From Raillietiella orientalis (lineage: Eukaryota): a stretch of 64,000 nt of DNA. The notes under the pieces are model-generated. The model saw only the letters and a program-made list of their open reading frames with translations, was not told the DNA's origin and ran no database searches. The DNA lies in NCBI GenBank assembly GCA_036172245.1, contig JAYWIR010000014.1, forward strand, positions 1,798,001 through 1,862,000, read 5' to 3'. Positions 26,001-41,000 of the stretch are shown here, in pieces. How positions within the stretch are numbered: the stretch's first letter is position 1; every line of letters starts with the position of its first letter. The translations under genes and the position numbers were made by a program.

Positions 26001-29000
26001 GAAACGTGCTTTTGGTACATGTGTTCATGTGGTACATGGAAAACATACACACACGAGAACAAAAAAATTTGCTTTTTTTTTTTCTTATACAAATCTGACC
26101 TACGGAAGCATCACACCAGTTGCTCCCGCCAACTTTTGCATTCATCAGATCGATCCCGCACGCGTTCGTTCCTTTGGAACGGTCCCAGTCCCGGAATGGG
26201 GAAGGCATGCTCTCCGGAAGGAATAAGAGGCACTGGACGTTCAAGCCCCCTGGCTACTAACAAGCAAGAAGCCATCTCCTCAGAAGAGAAGTTCCTTCCT
26301 CGGCTGCACCCGCTGCTGACCAATTAGAAACGGACCACCCAAGCGAGGAGGACGGACGAACCTCTATGTGGACAATCGCTGCAGCGCGAGGGGCAAAACG
26401 CGACCGTGAATGACGCGGTTTTTTTGCCTCTCTCACTTCCCCGCTTCGATCCTTCCAAGGTGGAGAACAGCAGTAGCAAGGCAGAGGAACATTCGTGCCC
26501 GTGGAAAGATGCAGATACGAAGAACAGGTGGCCGCGGCGCCAGTTGGAGGCTCTGAGGGGCTCGCGGATTCCGAGCAGGAAGTGCAAACTCCTCCCAACT
26601 GTCTCGGTCGCCTTCCGGAGAACCAGCCGAGAAGCACACACTCTGCGCCACCTCGGTAGTGGTGACTCGGAGCGTTGCGTGCTTAGAGGGCTTCGTTCTT
26701 CGCCTTCACGAGGAATGAGATCAGCAGAGAGAAGGAGTTGGGTTCCCTTCAACACCCTGGACCTTGAAGGGAAAGCATCCGGATTCTCGCGATTCTCGCC
26801 CAGAGCAGCCGGTCGGGAGAGAGCGCTCTCCCACGAAGGCTTCCGGAGAACACGGATGCTTTACCACCCCCACCACTTGCGAGGCTCCTGGTGCCATCCC
26901 AGGAGAGAGAGAGAGAGAAAAGTTTCTAGAGGTTCGAGCCCTCTCTGCGCTTTGATAAAATTACGTCGGACAGGACGCTGGTTTGGAAAAGGCAGCGGAT
27001 TCAAGAGGAAGCGAAGGGGAACGAACGGGAAACGCTAATTGGAAACAGTCCCGAACGAGCATATGCTGAGGATTCCTTTTTCTCAGATACATCGCCTCGA
27101 AGACAAAGATGCAAAAAGTACTCCCTATCGGATGTTGAAATAATTTATCGTTTTCTTGGCAACCAATCGGCAGCCAATTGGTTATGGAAATCCATTACTG
27201 CCGTCTTCCGCGGGTACAAAAATGGAAACGCGTGATTCTCCCGTCCCAGTAGTAGTAGGAGAGCGCGGATAAATACGCCCGGCGGATTTCGTAGGTAGGG
27301 AGAGATTTGAGAAAGTAGCAAACAAATCGTGCCGCTGCTTGCACAAGCGAGGGAAGACGAAATCGGGATGCATTTGTCTTCCAGCGCAAACGAGCCGTCA
27401 GCCCGCGCGTTCCGTTCAGGAGCCCCCATCAAGCCACGGCCCACACAGCCGCCTGCCCTCGCGAAAGGTAGCGAAGCACGGGCGAACTCCTGCAGGACCG
27501 GTTCCCGAAGCAGCGGGTAGGGGCGTGGCGGATCTGCGAAGGCGCGCTGCCCGCGGCCGCTGGGAAAGATTTGGATGCCGACGGTTGGCTCGCGTGATCT
27601 GCGGACAGCAAAGAGAACTTTTTCGGGCACTTTCCGACACGACGATCGGGAGAGGGAAGAATGCAGTCCTTTGAAACACAGAAGCGAACGGATGAGCTGC
27701 TCAGGACCTCTGTCTTCGAGATAGACTTCGACTTGTGGAGCCAACGCGAGCGATCAGCATGGCGCACAGCCACCAATGCAACCCCAAAGTGCAGAGCGAA
27801 CAGCCGCTTGAGACCGACCTGGCTCGAATCTGATCTTGCGGTGGCACGTAGCAAGGCGAGCCCTGTGTAAACAAGGATGAAAAGGGTACTGCAGAAAACC
27901 AGACCAGGTCCGCCTTGGCTCACCGTGTCTCGGACTCGATTCTTGGAAAACACCTTCTGGAGGAAATTTTTAAGAACGCTTCCCAATCATTCTGAAAGAA
28001 CGCTCCAGAAGGGTGCAGAGTGCTTCTTGGCACTCTAAAGAGACAACCCACAAGGAGGAGTATCAACCACGCTCCATGGTACGGCGCCATTTTCACCAAC
28101 GGAAGGGAACACCGAGGCTCCTTGATTCCTTGAAAGACCATGGAAGGTCAACTTCCAATCCCGGCCAGTCAACTGGTGCATCCGGTTTCCGACTGTTTCC
28201 ACTAGTGCCGCATTTCCACCAAGCCAACCAGCGTCATCATGTGGGGTGGGGGGACTCGAAACCCACTACACAACCATTTCGCGGCGTCGATCCTCCACGT
28301 GGGGATTCGAACCCGCAACGCTTGGCGCCACGGGCGGGGACCGCAACCACATGCCCGCCAATGCGGGCCAGTGGGTTCGTCATCTATCCTTCCCCTGGGT
28401 CCTGGCTGTCTTCCCGGAATCCCGGAGCGAACGACTTTTTCGGCACCTTCAACGGCTACAACGCTCGAAAATGCGGCCTGCTTCGAAGCCCGTAGAGTGT
28501 TTAGCCCGAAGGTCCGCGGAAGGAAGTCTTTCTGCGTCAGGAAGAGCACCCTCGGCTTGACGATTAAAGGGAGGGGAGATCAATCTAGGAACCTAAGCAG
28601 GATGTGGAGGAGCGTCCTCGGAAAGGTTGCAGGGAATTCGCACGTTGATCGCCGTGGAAAGCACTCAGCAAACACTTCCTCACTCAGTGCATGTTTGATG
28701 TTACCTTCGACTTCGGAACATCAAATTGAAAATGACGTGCTCTAAAAGAAGCAACAAGAGACTGTCGTAGAGGTTAATGCTGCCAATGGGATGGAGTGTG
28801 ACGTATACGGGATCGCAGCGCACCTGGATTTCTTGAGGAAGCTGAGAACGCGAAAGCACGAACACAACCCTCGAGCAATCGATACACGGCCAAGAGAAAA
28901 AAAAAAAAAAAAGGAAAAATACTGTGATGTTTCGCTGGTGATTCTCTGTTTGCGAGACAGTTCGGACCGCAGCACCGGAGCCACATGAACTCCATCCCCG

Positions 29001-32000
29001 CGCGCAAATATGCACAAACTCGAGGGCGTCTCTCGTTTCGACGTTGCGTTGAACCTTCTGATTTACTCGTTCGTCATTTCAGTCGGCGCGGAGAAAGAAG
29101 CTCAAGCCGGCCAAAATGACGAACGACTGGACGTCGAAAGAAGCTGGGAACGCCAGTCGCTTACCGAGTCGACTGGCGCTTTAAATACGTTTCTCAATGA
29201 ATCCTCCGAAAGACATCGGGGAGAGAGAGGGTGGGACTGACTATGACTTTCGCATGACTATTTCCAGTCCTCCTCCCCTTCTTCATTTTAGTTTTTCCCT
29301 TGCCCTGAAATATCAGTGCCTCTAATTTTCAGTCGTAGCATCTTAGGGAATTAGCGCAATTCCTAACGATCTCGAAAACAATGAGTAGAAGATGACTGCG
29401 AACCCACAAACAGAAGAGGAAAGTGAAGAACTGGAATGCGTCTGTGTTCCGAGGTGTACCGAGTTCTTCGCAGCCTAGAAAAATTAATTGCAACTGAGAA
29501 CGACCTGTTCGACCACTCTCAATGGGAACATTACAAACCAAAGGGTGCGGACGGATGTGGGAGAAAGCTAATTTCAAGGATTAAAGCTTTCCGTGCTCTG
29601 ATTGCTTTTCTATTTAGGACACGCGGGAGACTGCGGGACTGGAGGATGGAGCTTCGCATGTGTTTATCGAAAGAATTGTGACGGTTGTTTCACACGAACC
29701 AGGTTCTTTCAGAGATGATTCCGTCGAGATTGGAATCTGCGGCAGAAAAAAGCAGAAGATGGTGCTTCGGTCAGAGGAAGTAGGATGGATGGATTGCTGG
29801 GTTCCTTGACTGCTGATTTCCATAGGAGTGAATGCTTCGAGAGGGAAAATGGGTTTGTTTGCTCATATGATGAAGTGTAGCGATGTAGATAAGCACCGTT
29901 CTCTAATCCATATCTGATTTAAAAGACCATTTTATTTTTAGCTTTGATGTGTAGGCATGATGTAGCTCATGAAAGACGGTTGGGAGGAGCACGAAGAAAC
30001 CGACCATGCTGCTTCTCTATGCACAGAATATGTGTTTGTCTGACTTCAATAAAGCTGTCTGATCTTTTGGTGTGCCCTGCTGGTGCTGTGGATGAGGTGA
30101 ACTTTTTTTGTTTCTTACACAGTTTGTGAGAGAAGGAAGGCTGTAAAAGAAAAGAGCTCACAGGTGGTGGTCGTAAGGAATACGAGAATCGATGTGGCCT
30201 TGGAGGATCCGTGCAGTACGGTTCTCTTTTACGTCACCTGCAGCGTAGCTGAAAGTTTCTTCGTTTATCAAGCAACCAGCAGAAAACTCTAAAGAGTTAG
30301 ACTGAGGCAGCGATGAATTGAGAATATGAAGTTTCTTTCTTTCGCTTTCCAGAAGCTGATTGGAAGCCAACGAGGCTCGGCAGGTTACGAAATCCAGAAC
30401 AATCGAGACTTCCAAGTGCACAGCCTCCTTTAAGTGAACGAATGGTGTAAATATTTAGGAATGTACATCTAAAGAGAGAACAGGGATCGAAAATATATGT
30501 TTAAATACAAGAAACGTGAAGTTTTCAGATCAAGAAAATGAGACTGCCGTGTCCGATTTCAGAGCCAGTGATGTGGCACACGACGGGGCTAAGAAGCCTT
30601 ATGTGTTGATAACGAACGGAGCAATACTGGAGTGTGAGCCCGTTGGATGTGCGCACTCCATGGTTTTCCATGCACTTCAGACGTGATTATCACATCTAGA
30701 TCCGAGTTCCTATACAATGAGGTCTCCATGGAGGAACACCCCAAACCATCGAAGAAATCCATGAGCGTGGATTTGGATGACATGCTCGCCAAAACTTGGC
30801 AGACGTACTGAGAGCAACTAGTTGACATTTCCAGTCACCGGAAGCGAAAGTGCACGCTTCTTGTACTTCCTGACAACTTGAATCTGCTCAGAATCCTCGA
30901 AAGAGAGAGAAGCACCTTAAGGACGGAGACTGGCAGCAATCCGAAAGCTAAAAAGCTGAATGCACGCAGTCTTGATCTACCGATTCCGACGACCTCAGAT
31001 AACAGCGGCTACCACCGGACAACAGCCAAACTTGGAAGCAACCTTTTCAAGGATTGCGAATATCACCAAGATGGCTGCCACACGCACAAGTCATCAAATT
31101 CCTTCTCCTTCATATCATCTCTATTAGGGAAAACAAATAGGCACAGGTGCAAAAGAACGATCCAAGTTACTCTAATGCGACTAAAAAATATTCTCATCGC
31201 AGCCCTTAGCTTCCTGCCCCCCCTCCCCCCCCAATCCATCAACCTACCACAAACAGATCGGTAGAGATTCCTCTCAAACGTAAATAACCTCGCGGAGTCC
31301 TTCAGAATCGATGCAATCAGCTTTCGGTATCGATCTGGGTTTATTCTTTTCCTTCCTTTGATTTAGCGTACTGGTTCCCATGGATTTTCACGAGTCACAC
31401 ATCCTGAATTTCGAAAGTACCGACTGACTGGTCTCGTACCGCTTAGTGTATCAGTACCGAGGGTCTCTGGACATGAGAGAACCAGGAAACTGGTGGGGAA
31501 GAGCATCGGACTTTGTTCACTGACATCCAAACGATCACTCCCGTTAACGCTAAGTTCGTGCGAACTGCTTGGTTGTCGTAGCAACTTTGGCCACGGGATT
31601 GTAAAAACCGAAAGACCGCACGGATGGTGCCTTCTGATGCCTCGAATGTATCAAACACTTGCCAGTGTGCCTTCCGGAGAACTTCCGATTTAAGAGAACG
31701 GAAGTTTTTTTTTTTTTTTTAAATGGGAATTTCTCCAGAAGTTTTCTTTTTTTCCTTGTACCGTGAAGCCTGGACGGCAGAAATTCGTCTGCTAAATCAC
31801 TTCCTCAAGGACGCCTGTCTCTGTGACTCTCAGCGCCAGAAGGACGAACGTACAGACAAATTGTAGATGAGGATCTCTCAGGAGCAAATCACAGATCTGC
31901 CATCCCAGCTGCGAACCTTTCCTCCTTTCCACGGAGGCAGTGCCTGCCTTAGAATTCACGGAGATCCACCAAAGTGGGGGTGACGGGTCTTTCCTCCGCG

Positions 32001-35000
32001 AGATCACCATTTCGAAGCTCCACGAGCAGGAAAAGAGAAGGAAAGGGCCTGCCGTCAATGCCCAGAAGAATTTCCTGACAACGGAAGCATCTCGGAAAAG
32101 GCGACAGGCGGCGACGACGACAGGAGAACTCGACGTGGAAAGGTGGCGCTAACACCGCGAGCCTTCTTGTGCGAGAACACTGCGAACGATGTCTCTAAAC
32201 GAGACTCGGTTGCCCACGCGCTTCCCGCACGCGCGGAGACGGAGGAGCGGGTCGAAGCCAGCGAGCGGGGAGGATCTCGCGTTGCCCTCGAGGAGCGCGC
32301 CGCTGCCGCTGCTGCTGGGCAGGTTTCTGGACGAACAGAACTCGGCCAATGCTGCAAGAGGTCGCCTCGCAGTTCATATCAGGTCTCTTTCAAATCGCGG
32401 GAGCAGGACCTGAGGATGCTGAGATAACGGGCCACGCATGTGATCGAAAGACTGGTGGAAAAGGAAACGCAGTTCGACGGGATGACCAATGGAGCCCCCA
32501 GATAGCCAAACAAGATTAACAGGAATCCCGAGGAGCTGATGGAAGCCGAATTTTCGGATGCAGGGAATGCACCCTAAGGGAAGGGGAGATTCCCGAATGA
32601 TGAGGAGGAGGATGACTAGTAACTTGGACACCTGAAATTGGAAGAGGAGACAGATGCACCAGAACTCTTGCGAGAAATGGAATGCTCATCGCTCTGGGAC
32701 CAGGCTGGAGCTCTTGAGCCGGGAAAGCGACTCAAGACTCATGAGGGACCTCCTTGGGTGGGAGGAATGCGACTCGAGCGATGCCCCCGACAAGACTCGG
32801 TTGCCGCGTGCGAACGAAGCGAGTCGAACCCGGAGAGGGAGGACACTTTCCTGCTACCGGATCTCGAACCGGTGCACGTGCAACCGAAGACAGGAAGAGA
32901 GTGAGTGTGAGAAGACCAGCAGGGGAGGTCCGCACCGAGGAAGGAGGGGAGCAGGAGGAAGAGGCAACACTGGCCCAGGCGCACTGAACAGGAGGTAGAG
33001 AAACTCTCCTTTGCTCCTGAAGAACCGAAGCTCGAAACCAGTCTGGAGCACTCGGGGGGAGAGGTAGGGGAAGGCCGGCACGCAAGAGGACACGCTCGCT
33101 CGCAGAGACTGAGGGCTCTTCTCGGGAAGGGGAGAAGAAAAAGGAAATGCAGGGTCGCTGCTGCCGCTTGGAATGTCGCCGGACTCAGAAGGCGGAACGT
33201 CCGTCGCAGGGGGAGGTCGGCTAGGCAGGCAAGCAGGTGCCGGCGGGATGAAACAGGAAATTTCACCTGGAGCAGCCGCCAGCATTCGCGTCGCAGGATC
33301 TCCTTGCGTGGACCGGCTGCCAGCAGGCACTCGTCAGAGAAGCTCTCTGGATCGCGCCGTCGACTCGCGCGTGGTCCTAGCTCCGGGCGCCGCCCTGGGA
33401 GCGGGGAGGAGGGAAGTCGCGGAGGCCGCCTCACCGAGCCATGGAAATCCCGCAGGGAAGATCCATAATCCAGACTGGCGCGAAGGGAACCCGGACCGGG
33501 AGGATGCGGATCTCCGCCGCGCCATCATTCTTTGGAGCGGCTCCCGCTGAGCTGCTGATGATCCCGCCGCGTGTGGAGTCTCTTCCTCCTCTGGAGCAAT
33601 GCGGTGTCCCTACTTCTGACCCTTCCTCGCACCCCAGGAACCGATCGCACTTCCGGTGGCCGAGTGTCTCGAGCCCCCAGGTCCAGGAAGAGCGGGAAGA
33701 GGGAAGCCGCCACCTCGCCTACGGGGAAGAAAGAAAGCGGGAAGATAAAGGGGGCGAGGTAGAGCGGCTTGCGCGCGTTCGTGGCGGGCGTTGATCCCTG
33801 CTGACCTTGAACTGCTGCCCATGCACGCCGTGCGCAGCAGGGGAGGATGGGTAGAGACAAGGAAGGGAAGGGGCGAACGAAATGGCGTTCAAGTTCCCTC
33901 CATTCCTGCGAGAGGAAGCTGAGCGCTCCCGGCGCCGGGGAAGGAGGCTGCTGCTCGCGGCACCCGATGATCTCGCTGCCGGGCGAATGCGTCCCATTTC
34001 GGGGATCCGGGGCAGGCATCCCTTGCATCGCTTCCCTCCTTTCCCCCTCTCGCAATGATTGCCGGCGTGAGAATTGGGGCGGAGGAGAAGGCAGCCGTTC
34101 GGGATTCTCCCCGCTGGAAGCACACGGCGATCGCGACGCCGGCTAGCTGGCTGGTTGGAAGGTCGGTTCCCGCAGCCTACAAGTCTCTTAGAACGCCGTC
34201 GAGGTGCGCAGGCGAAACATTCGTATTGGAGAGTACCCCAGGAGGAGGATGCAACGCATGCCAGGTTGAGGAGTGGGGAGGGGAGGCATAGCTCCCTCCT
34301 CTCCCCCCAACCGGCCACCTCAGGAGGAGTGCCTGTACGGAAGAGTTCGGAAGTCGGCTAAGGGAACCGGTCCGCACGGAAGCTGCGGTCCGTCCCTCGG
34401 AAGCCTCGCCAGCGCTCCAAAGAGCTGCTCTCGGCCTGCGTGACCTCCGCACTACCGCAACACTTGGAGCGGAACTCTAAAGAGGTGACGGGAAGAGGCG
34501 GAGGAGGAGTGGGTCGGGAGGACAACCTCCCGACCCTGCCGCCGCCGGAAGCTCGTGTGCTGGCGAGGCCTGTGTATTGCGGGCGCCGACGAAAGAATGC
34601 ACCTGGAGAATGCACCTCTTTCCTTTCTCGTCTAATGCGCGTTCTTTCTCTCCCCGCAAACGGGAGAGTGCACTGAGGAGGAAGGGGGATGGGAGGGGCA
34701 GAAGAGCATCTTCCGACCCCGTGTTACGAGAATTCCGGGTGTGGAAAGAATTAAAGAGCTGGACTTTCCCTTCCTTCTTCTCTCGCGAGAGAAGGAGGAA
34801 GGAGAAGGGGAAGGGAAGAAATAGGGCTCTCTCCCTCAGCTTCTGTCTCGCTCCACCCTGACTGCGCCTCTCTATCGCCTACCCCAACTGACCTTCTTGC
34901 AGTGCATGCATTTTCCGTTTCGGTAGCTCTTGTGCACCCAGTGGTGGAGAAGGACGCGGGAGTCCTGCGATCGGAGCTCACGGAAGGACGGCTTGCATGG

Positions 35001-38000
35001 GAACCGCACCTTCGACAGGAAAAACGGCAGGCAACCGATGTGGACCACGATCTTGCAGGCCGAGCACTTCACCTTTTGGCCTTGCTTCTGAAACACACGA
35101 GACAATCATGGGGGGAGGGGGGCACACTCGCAAGCCGATCGCCGAGGGGCAGGCAGCCCTTCCATCAGCATTGGAGCAGGAATCGGTAGAAGAGCAGGGT
35201 GCGCCAAAAGAATCCGATCTTTGCGAATACCGAAAAGTCACAATCGCCATCACCACTCTCGCGGGGTCAGTGGAGGGAGTCTCAGGAAAGGCAGACGAGT
35301 AAAAGGATGCCATCTGCATCCTTCGCCTCCTTCGTCAGAGGAGTAGCTGGGACTTCCTCTTTCCTCCTCTCCTTCTTATCTCCGGAATGGGACACACACG
35401 ACGTAAGTGTACCCAATGCAGTACCAGATCCAAAGCTGTAAGTGCCTTATGGCCGGCCATGACCCTGCGCGAGATCGATCCCCTACTCCTCAGGAGTGCT
35501 GCTCTTGCAGAGTCCCTACGAGGCTGAGACTGTCTACTTGGAGGTAAGAGCAGCGATGCGTTGTTGCCATCGGCACCGCCGTTCGGTCGAGTCCGCTTTG
35601 CGCAGGACGTGCCCTCCTCCAAGAAGAAGAGGAATCCCTTCGGAAGCGATTCTCCCCACTCTTCCTTCCTCCCTGGTCCTCCTGTGTGGTCTTTCCAATA
35701 CCCAAGCCTTTCCAGAGAGAGTGATCCAGGATGCACGACTCCGAAGTGCTACTTTTCTTCTCCCGAAATGCTTTTGGACTTCTCTAGTGAGCACCCTTCT
35801 TCACCTAGCAGGCTATGCGGGGTACGAGTCATAGGAGGAAGCAGCTTTTCCATTCCTCCTCTCCCTCATCCCCGCGTGCCAGTTCCTCCCGCGTGCATCA
35901 GCGCGACAACTCTCACAGGTCCTAACGAGAGGGACCAGCGTCCAGTCTCTGCCTCAGAGATGGAGGCAGGGATGAGTAGAACCAGGTTGCCCCAGAACGC
36001 GCTGGTAAGAAAGAAGAAAGTGGAAGGAGGACCGAGTACCCCAGTGGACTTGTGCTCGGTCTCGTACATGCGGGTCGACCACCTTCCTTTTGGTAATGTC
36101 CGGAACTTGGCGACCACGACCACTGCCCTTTCCTCCGGTGAGGATGGCTGCGATACGCCCCTTCTCTTGCTTCCGAGAACTCAGGAATCGCTTCTCCTTT
36201 CACCCACCCACGAGATCTCTTTCTTTCTTCATTGCTTCCCGCTCTCTTCCTCGGCTTCTCCAGGGTGATCCAAAAGTGCGTCCGAAGGAATAGCGGCCCT
36301 TTCGGGCTGCGGCCGCGCTCGAGACGTGGAAGAACAAGTAGGGCCTTGGAGAAAAGGGAGTGTACTGGCATGCACTGGCGACGCGACTTCGGCCAACAGC
36401 GCGGGACTCCCACGAAAGAAAGCCAAAAGCATGAGAATTGCCCGAGGAGCTTCGAGATCTCCGCCGGGAGGCTGCATCAAGGCGGGCAACCTGGTGATAG
36501 AATACGACACGGGGATACCGAGGAACACATTATGCTTCTCATTCTCCTGTCCCTTTTCGTGAGAGATACCCTTCTCGGAGGTGCGACTGAGGAGCGATGG
36601 ACGTAGAAGAAGGCGTGCAGCCTCTTCTATGCTCGGAAGAGGCAGGTTTCTTGGAAGTCGGGACGGTTTCCGCGCGCCACTGAGACCGTGTCCTCCGGAT
36701 CAATGAGCACCTCACAAGGGCTAGCTAAACCTCCGGGAGCAGAGTATGCCTCACGGGCGAGGGGAAAAGAGGATGGCTTCCTGCTTTCCTGAACAGCTCA
36801 AAGGGGAGCTCTCTTGAGTCCGAACTCATTGGAAACTGCCGCCATGGGGTGATTCTGATGAAAGAACAAAGGGAATTGGGCGAAAGAGAGGGTACCTCGT
36901 AGAGAGAGACGGAAGAATGTGAAGGAAGAATGGTTTCCCAGGAACCGGCAGCAGCCGACTGTGGCAGCAGCCTGCCACAGTCGGCTCCTCGGAAATCATC
37001 ACCGCTGCTTCCGCCGTTCGCACGCCAGAAGGAGACTCCCCGAAAGACGTAAGTGACGGTAGGTATGTGCTGAAGATACGCCCTGCCAAATGAGGGCAGT
37101 CCCTGGCGAGAACAACGAAAGGAGGGGCAAGAGGTCAGCGTCCGTGAGGCAGAATCAGAATCTCCAAGGAAACAGAGCAAGAAAGTCGAACCAAAATTTC
37201 CCGTCCGCGAAATCATTAAAGAGAATCCTGAAAGATTTTCTCGTTTGGTCGGTCAGGGATGAGACCAGAAATCTGACCGAGGAACGGCCAACAGCCTCTC
37301 GGAAAAATCGGTAGGACAAAGGACAGCAATTATCGGGGAAGTGAATCGGGAATCACGGAGTGGTCGTGCCAGTTTCTCTAGCGTGCATCTGTAAATACGA
37401 ATGTTCCTGTCATGCAGTTTCCATGGAGATGCTCTTGGTGAGGTCGTCTCCTTCATCCGCTGCTGGTGCTCCGCTTCAGCTCCCGCTGATGATAAATATC
37501 CGCAATCAGACCAAGGATTCCGATGATGAACAGACAAGCTTAGCTGCCTGATTATGACCGCTTTCGTCGGAAAGACGCTTTGACCGACTGGCCTTGAGGA
37601 ACACCAAAGTCTCCAGAGACATGTCCCCGTTCCTGTTCACTCGTGAAACTGCAACTTGTAAACCAAACTATTGGACTTGTAAAGAGGAAATCAAATTATG
37701 AAGCACATTTGGCCTTCTGAACTCCGCCAGGGTTGCCAGACAACTCACACGAAAGAAAACGGCAGTGACACTGGTAAAGCACACGGAGCCCGGAATTGTG
37801 CACTGCTTCTGCGAGCGTGCAGTGCTCTCTGTAAAGTTGCAGCAAGATAAAGTGCAAAGATGTGTCATGTGAAGATGCTGGAAGGCTGCTGAGAGATGTC
37901 TCCGAAAGCCTAGTAGATAAGTAGCACGGCTGCTTAACAGGACGAGTCCGTCCTTGGATTCGAAACAAAGGGCATCCCAAGGATCTGCTTCCCCATTGAG

Positions 38001-41000
38001 CGGACTACTTCCCGCGCTGCAGGTCATGACAGAGTTGATGTCACGCAGCAGGAATCTACGAGACACCGAAGAGGAAAACCTGCCTCGGACCTATTTGCTT
38101 TCTAAGAAGATCCTCTTGCCGGAAAAGACTTCTGCCAGTAACCAAGCAGACTCAAAAATGTTTCTTGGCGCTCGGATAGAATGCAAACTCTAACCAGAGC
38201 ATTTGCTTTACCCCCTTGGTGGTTTTTCCCCAAGTCGAGTCGAGGATTACTTCTTAGATAGCGAGAGCGGGACTTTCCGCGAATGGAATTCATAAGGATC
38301 AGAGAAAGATGGACCACTTCTCGAAAACACAGCATCACTTTGCATCTGTCTCAGGGGATTTCGGTTCGTCCGGCGGAGTTCCGAAATTGTTCTCCTAATC
38401 GCATCGTTTTCCATGGCAAGAAAAATTCGAGGCATCACGTGATGCTTGTTGAGAAAAAACACACATACACATCCGGTGAAGAACTTAAGCGGACCGTGGA
38501 GGATGCACAGGCATTGCTCGTCATTAGTTCAGCGATGCTCAGTCATCACAAGCGCAAAGCGGTTCATCTCTCTGCCATGATGAAAAACTGGCTAGCCGAA
38601 TGGTGGCTGGTGGACAGAGGTACAAGCAGAATCCGTTAATTGGCAAGCATCCTGTCCAAGAGTAACGCGCTTCCAGAAAAGAATGGGTGAGATTCGGCTC
38701 GAAGCTGGTAGATGGACTCTTCAGTTGTAGAGAAGATCCATATCCCTGCTTCAAGATTCCTCTAGAGAAGGCAAACAGACGCAGATTCCACTTTTGGAGA
38801 ACAAACAGAAGTCCACTAAGCATCCTCTTCACAGTTATCTCGAACTTTAGATGGCGGCGAGGAAAGATGCACAATAGCGGTTAAGACCACGAAGTCCTCT
38901 TAAGCCATGTGCTCCTTAGCCGTCCGATTTGACTAAGATCCCTTAGGAGAAATGGGACATGGAACGTGCCTGAATCCAAGACCCAAAGAAAGGACAGATC
39001 GATGCAAGCGAAAAGCCGCGCGATGGCCAGTGCAGTTTCGATGACCGATAGGCAATCAGGCGGGCATGGGAACCCCTAGTTTAGATGACCTAAGGGAACA
39101 GCTTTGGTGGGGTGTCACACCCAGGCGCGGTCGAAAAAAGGATGGAGATGGTGATCGTCGCGGCCTCAAGTGAACTTGACTGCTCCAACATTTTGTAGGC
39201 CTGCGCTCAGTCCTGGCTTTCCGATCTTCACTTGAAAAAAAGCATCAGTGAAACCGTGTCCTCCTGTCTCCTTGCTGGTAGGCATTTCCCAGGATGGGGG
39301 CGGATGAGGGAATGCTCTCTTTTCTTTGCAAGCATCACACTTTGCTGCTGCCAGGATGAACTTCTCCAGACGTGTGATGCCGATCACGTGCAGCCTTAAA
39401 ACCGCGTGAAGTGTGCCTGCAGGAGCGCATGACACGAGCACTTAAGAGAGGCAGTCATGTGTTCGAAGCGCCTCCGAGAAAGGTCTCTGAAAGAGATCCG
39501 AGTTTCGCTGCACATGGAGGAACAGGCGTCTTCAGTGATCACAGAGGCAAGGTGCGCGTGCACCAAAGAAGAGCAGAGGCTTCCCGTAGCAACGAAGCCG
39601 AGTTTTCCGTGGAACGCGGAAACGGAGGGAAAAGTGGAAGCGAGTGGGTGCACTCGTGTTCTTCGGCGTGCTATTCCGGGATCGTGGAAAACGCACTTGA
39701 AAATGGAAAACAAAAACAAAGAAAAAGAATCAGCAGCAGCTGTCAGTCCCTCACTTGAAGGGAACCATCCATCTTTCCCAAAGGAAACAGAATAATGATA
39801 ACCGGAACAAAAATAAATGACTTCCGCAGCCGAAGGGAAGATCCCTTGTATATCGAGGATGCACAGAACTGCCTGGTGACGGAGAGATCTCGGTTACCGT
39901 TTGAAAGCAGCCTGGCCCACTTGTTGGAGGCTAGGAAGTGGATCTTCCGCAAGTGGATCCACCGCGCAGAAAGTTGACTACATGCGGGCGCCTTCCGAAC
40001 TCTTGCATTCGACCCAACTGCTGGACGGAGGGACGTCGCTGAGGGCCGTCAAATGCATGAGCGGATTTCACGTTGGCGCTAGAAGCTCGTGAGCCTGCTG
40101 GTGCCCGGAGCACGAGTCTCCAACGAACGGCAGGATGTGAGCAACGGGTGGGCCGCTCTCGGATTCCCTAATCTCGAGAAGAATGCAAGGAGAGACGCGG
40201 AAATAGGTGGCAACGGGCCGACGAGGATTGACATCCCCGCTGCACTCGGCAACTGTGCTGTTGGGAAGATTCGAGCTCGAGAGAAACCTAGTTCGTCCGG
40301 AAATGAAGCGAAGGTCAGCGGAGCGAGCTGCCGACCTTCGCGTGAGTTGGCTGCATGCCGCACGCCACACGGGTTCGCCGGCACGCCAAGACGACGGCTG
40401 GGGACGGCCGCAGCCCGGTTGACCGCGAAACGACACCGAGGGACGCGCGACCACAGGAAGTCCGGCAAGCCCAGCATTTCCCACTTGAGCTTCTCCTTCC
40501 TCTTCCGAAGGGGAATGGGGAAGGGGAAGCTCCCTCTGCCAATTCCCTTGCATCTGCCAATCCGCAGGAAATTTCCTCTGCGCCAAAGGGGAAGGAGAAC
40601 CCTTCTGTCCGAACGAAAAAGCGCATGTCCCTTTCCGGAAGGCTCCGCAACCCTGAGCGAGGGCGCCAGAGCAGCGTTCCGCCCCGCGAGTGGAGGGAGA
40701 AGTCACCCTCCTCGCATCTGCCGCAGACCTTCGGGGGTTGCGCAGCGGAGAAGCTGCCTGGCATGGTAACAACACAAGGGTAATCCAGAGCATTCGTGTG
40801 ACCACCAGCGATCTCCTTCCATCCCTAGCTCCTCCTAAGTCATGCCTACTCGCGGGGGCGATCCCCCCCAGACTGTCTCCGATCCCCTGCAAGCCTTCCC
40901 TCTGCGGGTTTCCCGACGGCCGTCGTGCCCTTTTGGATGCAGAGAAGGCCGCGTCGTGAGGATAGGCGAGGGCCTCTCGAGAGAGTGAGGCGACCGAGAC

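Noticed and set aside
28295..28369. Apparent tRNA gene
   Set aside because: I could not form a clean cloverleaf, and it is attached to a repeated body, so it is treated as a SINE head.
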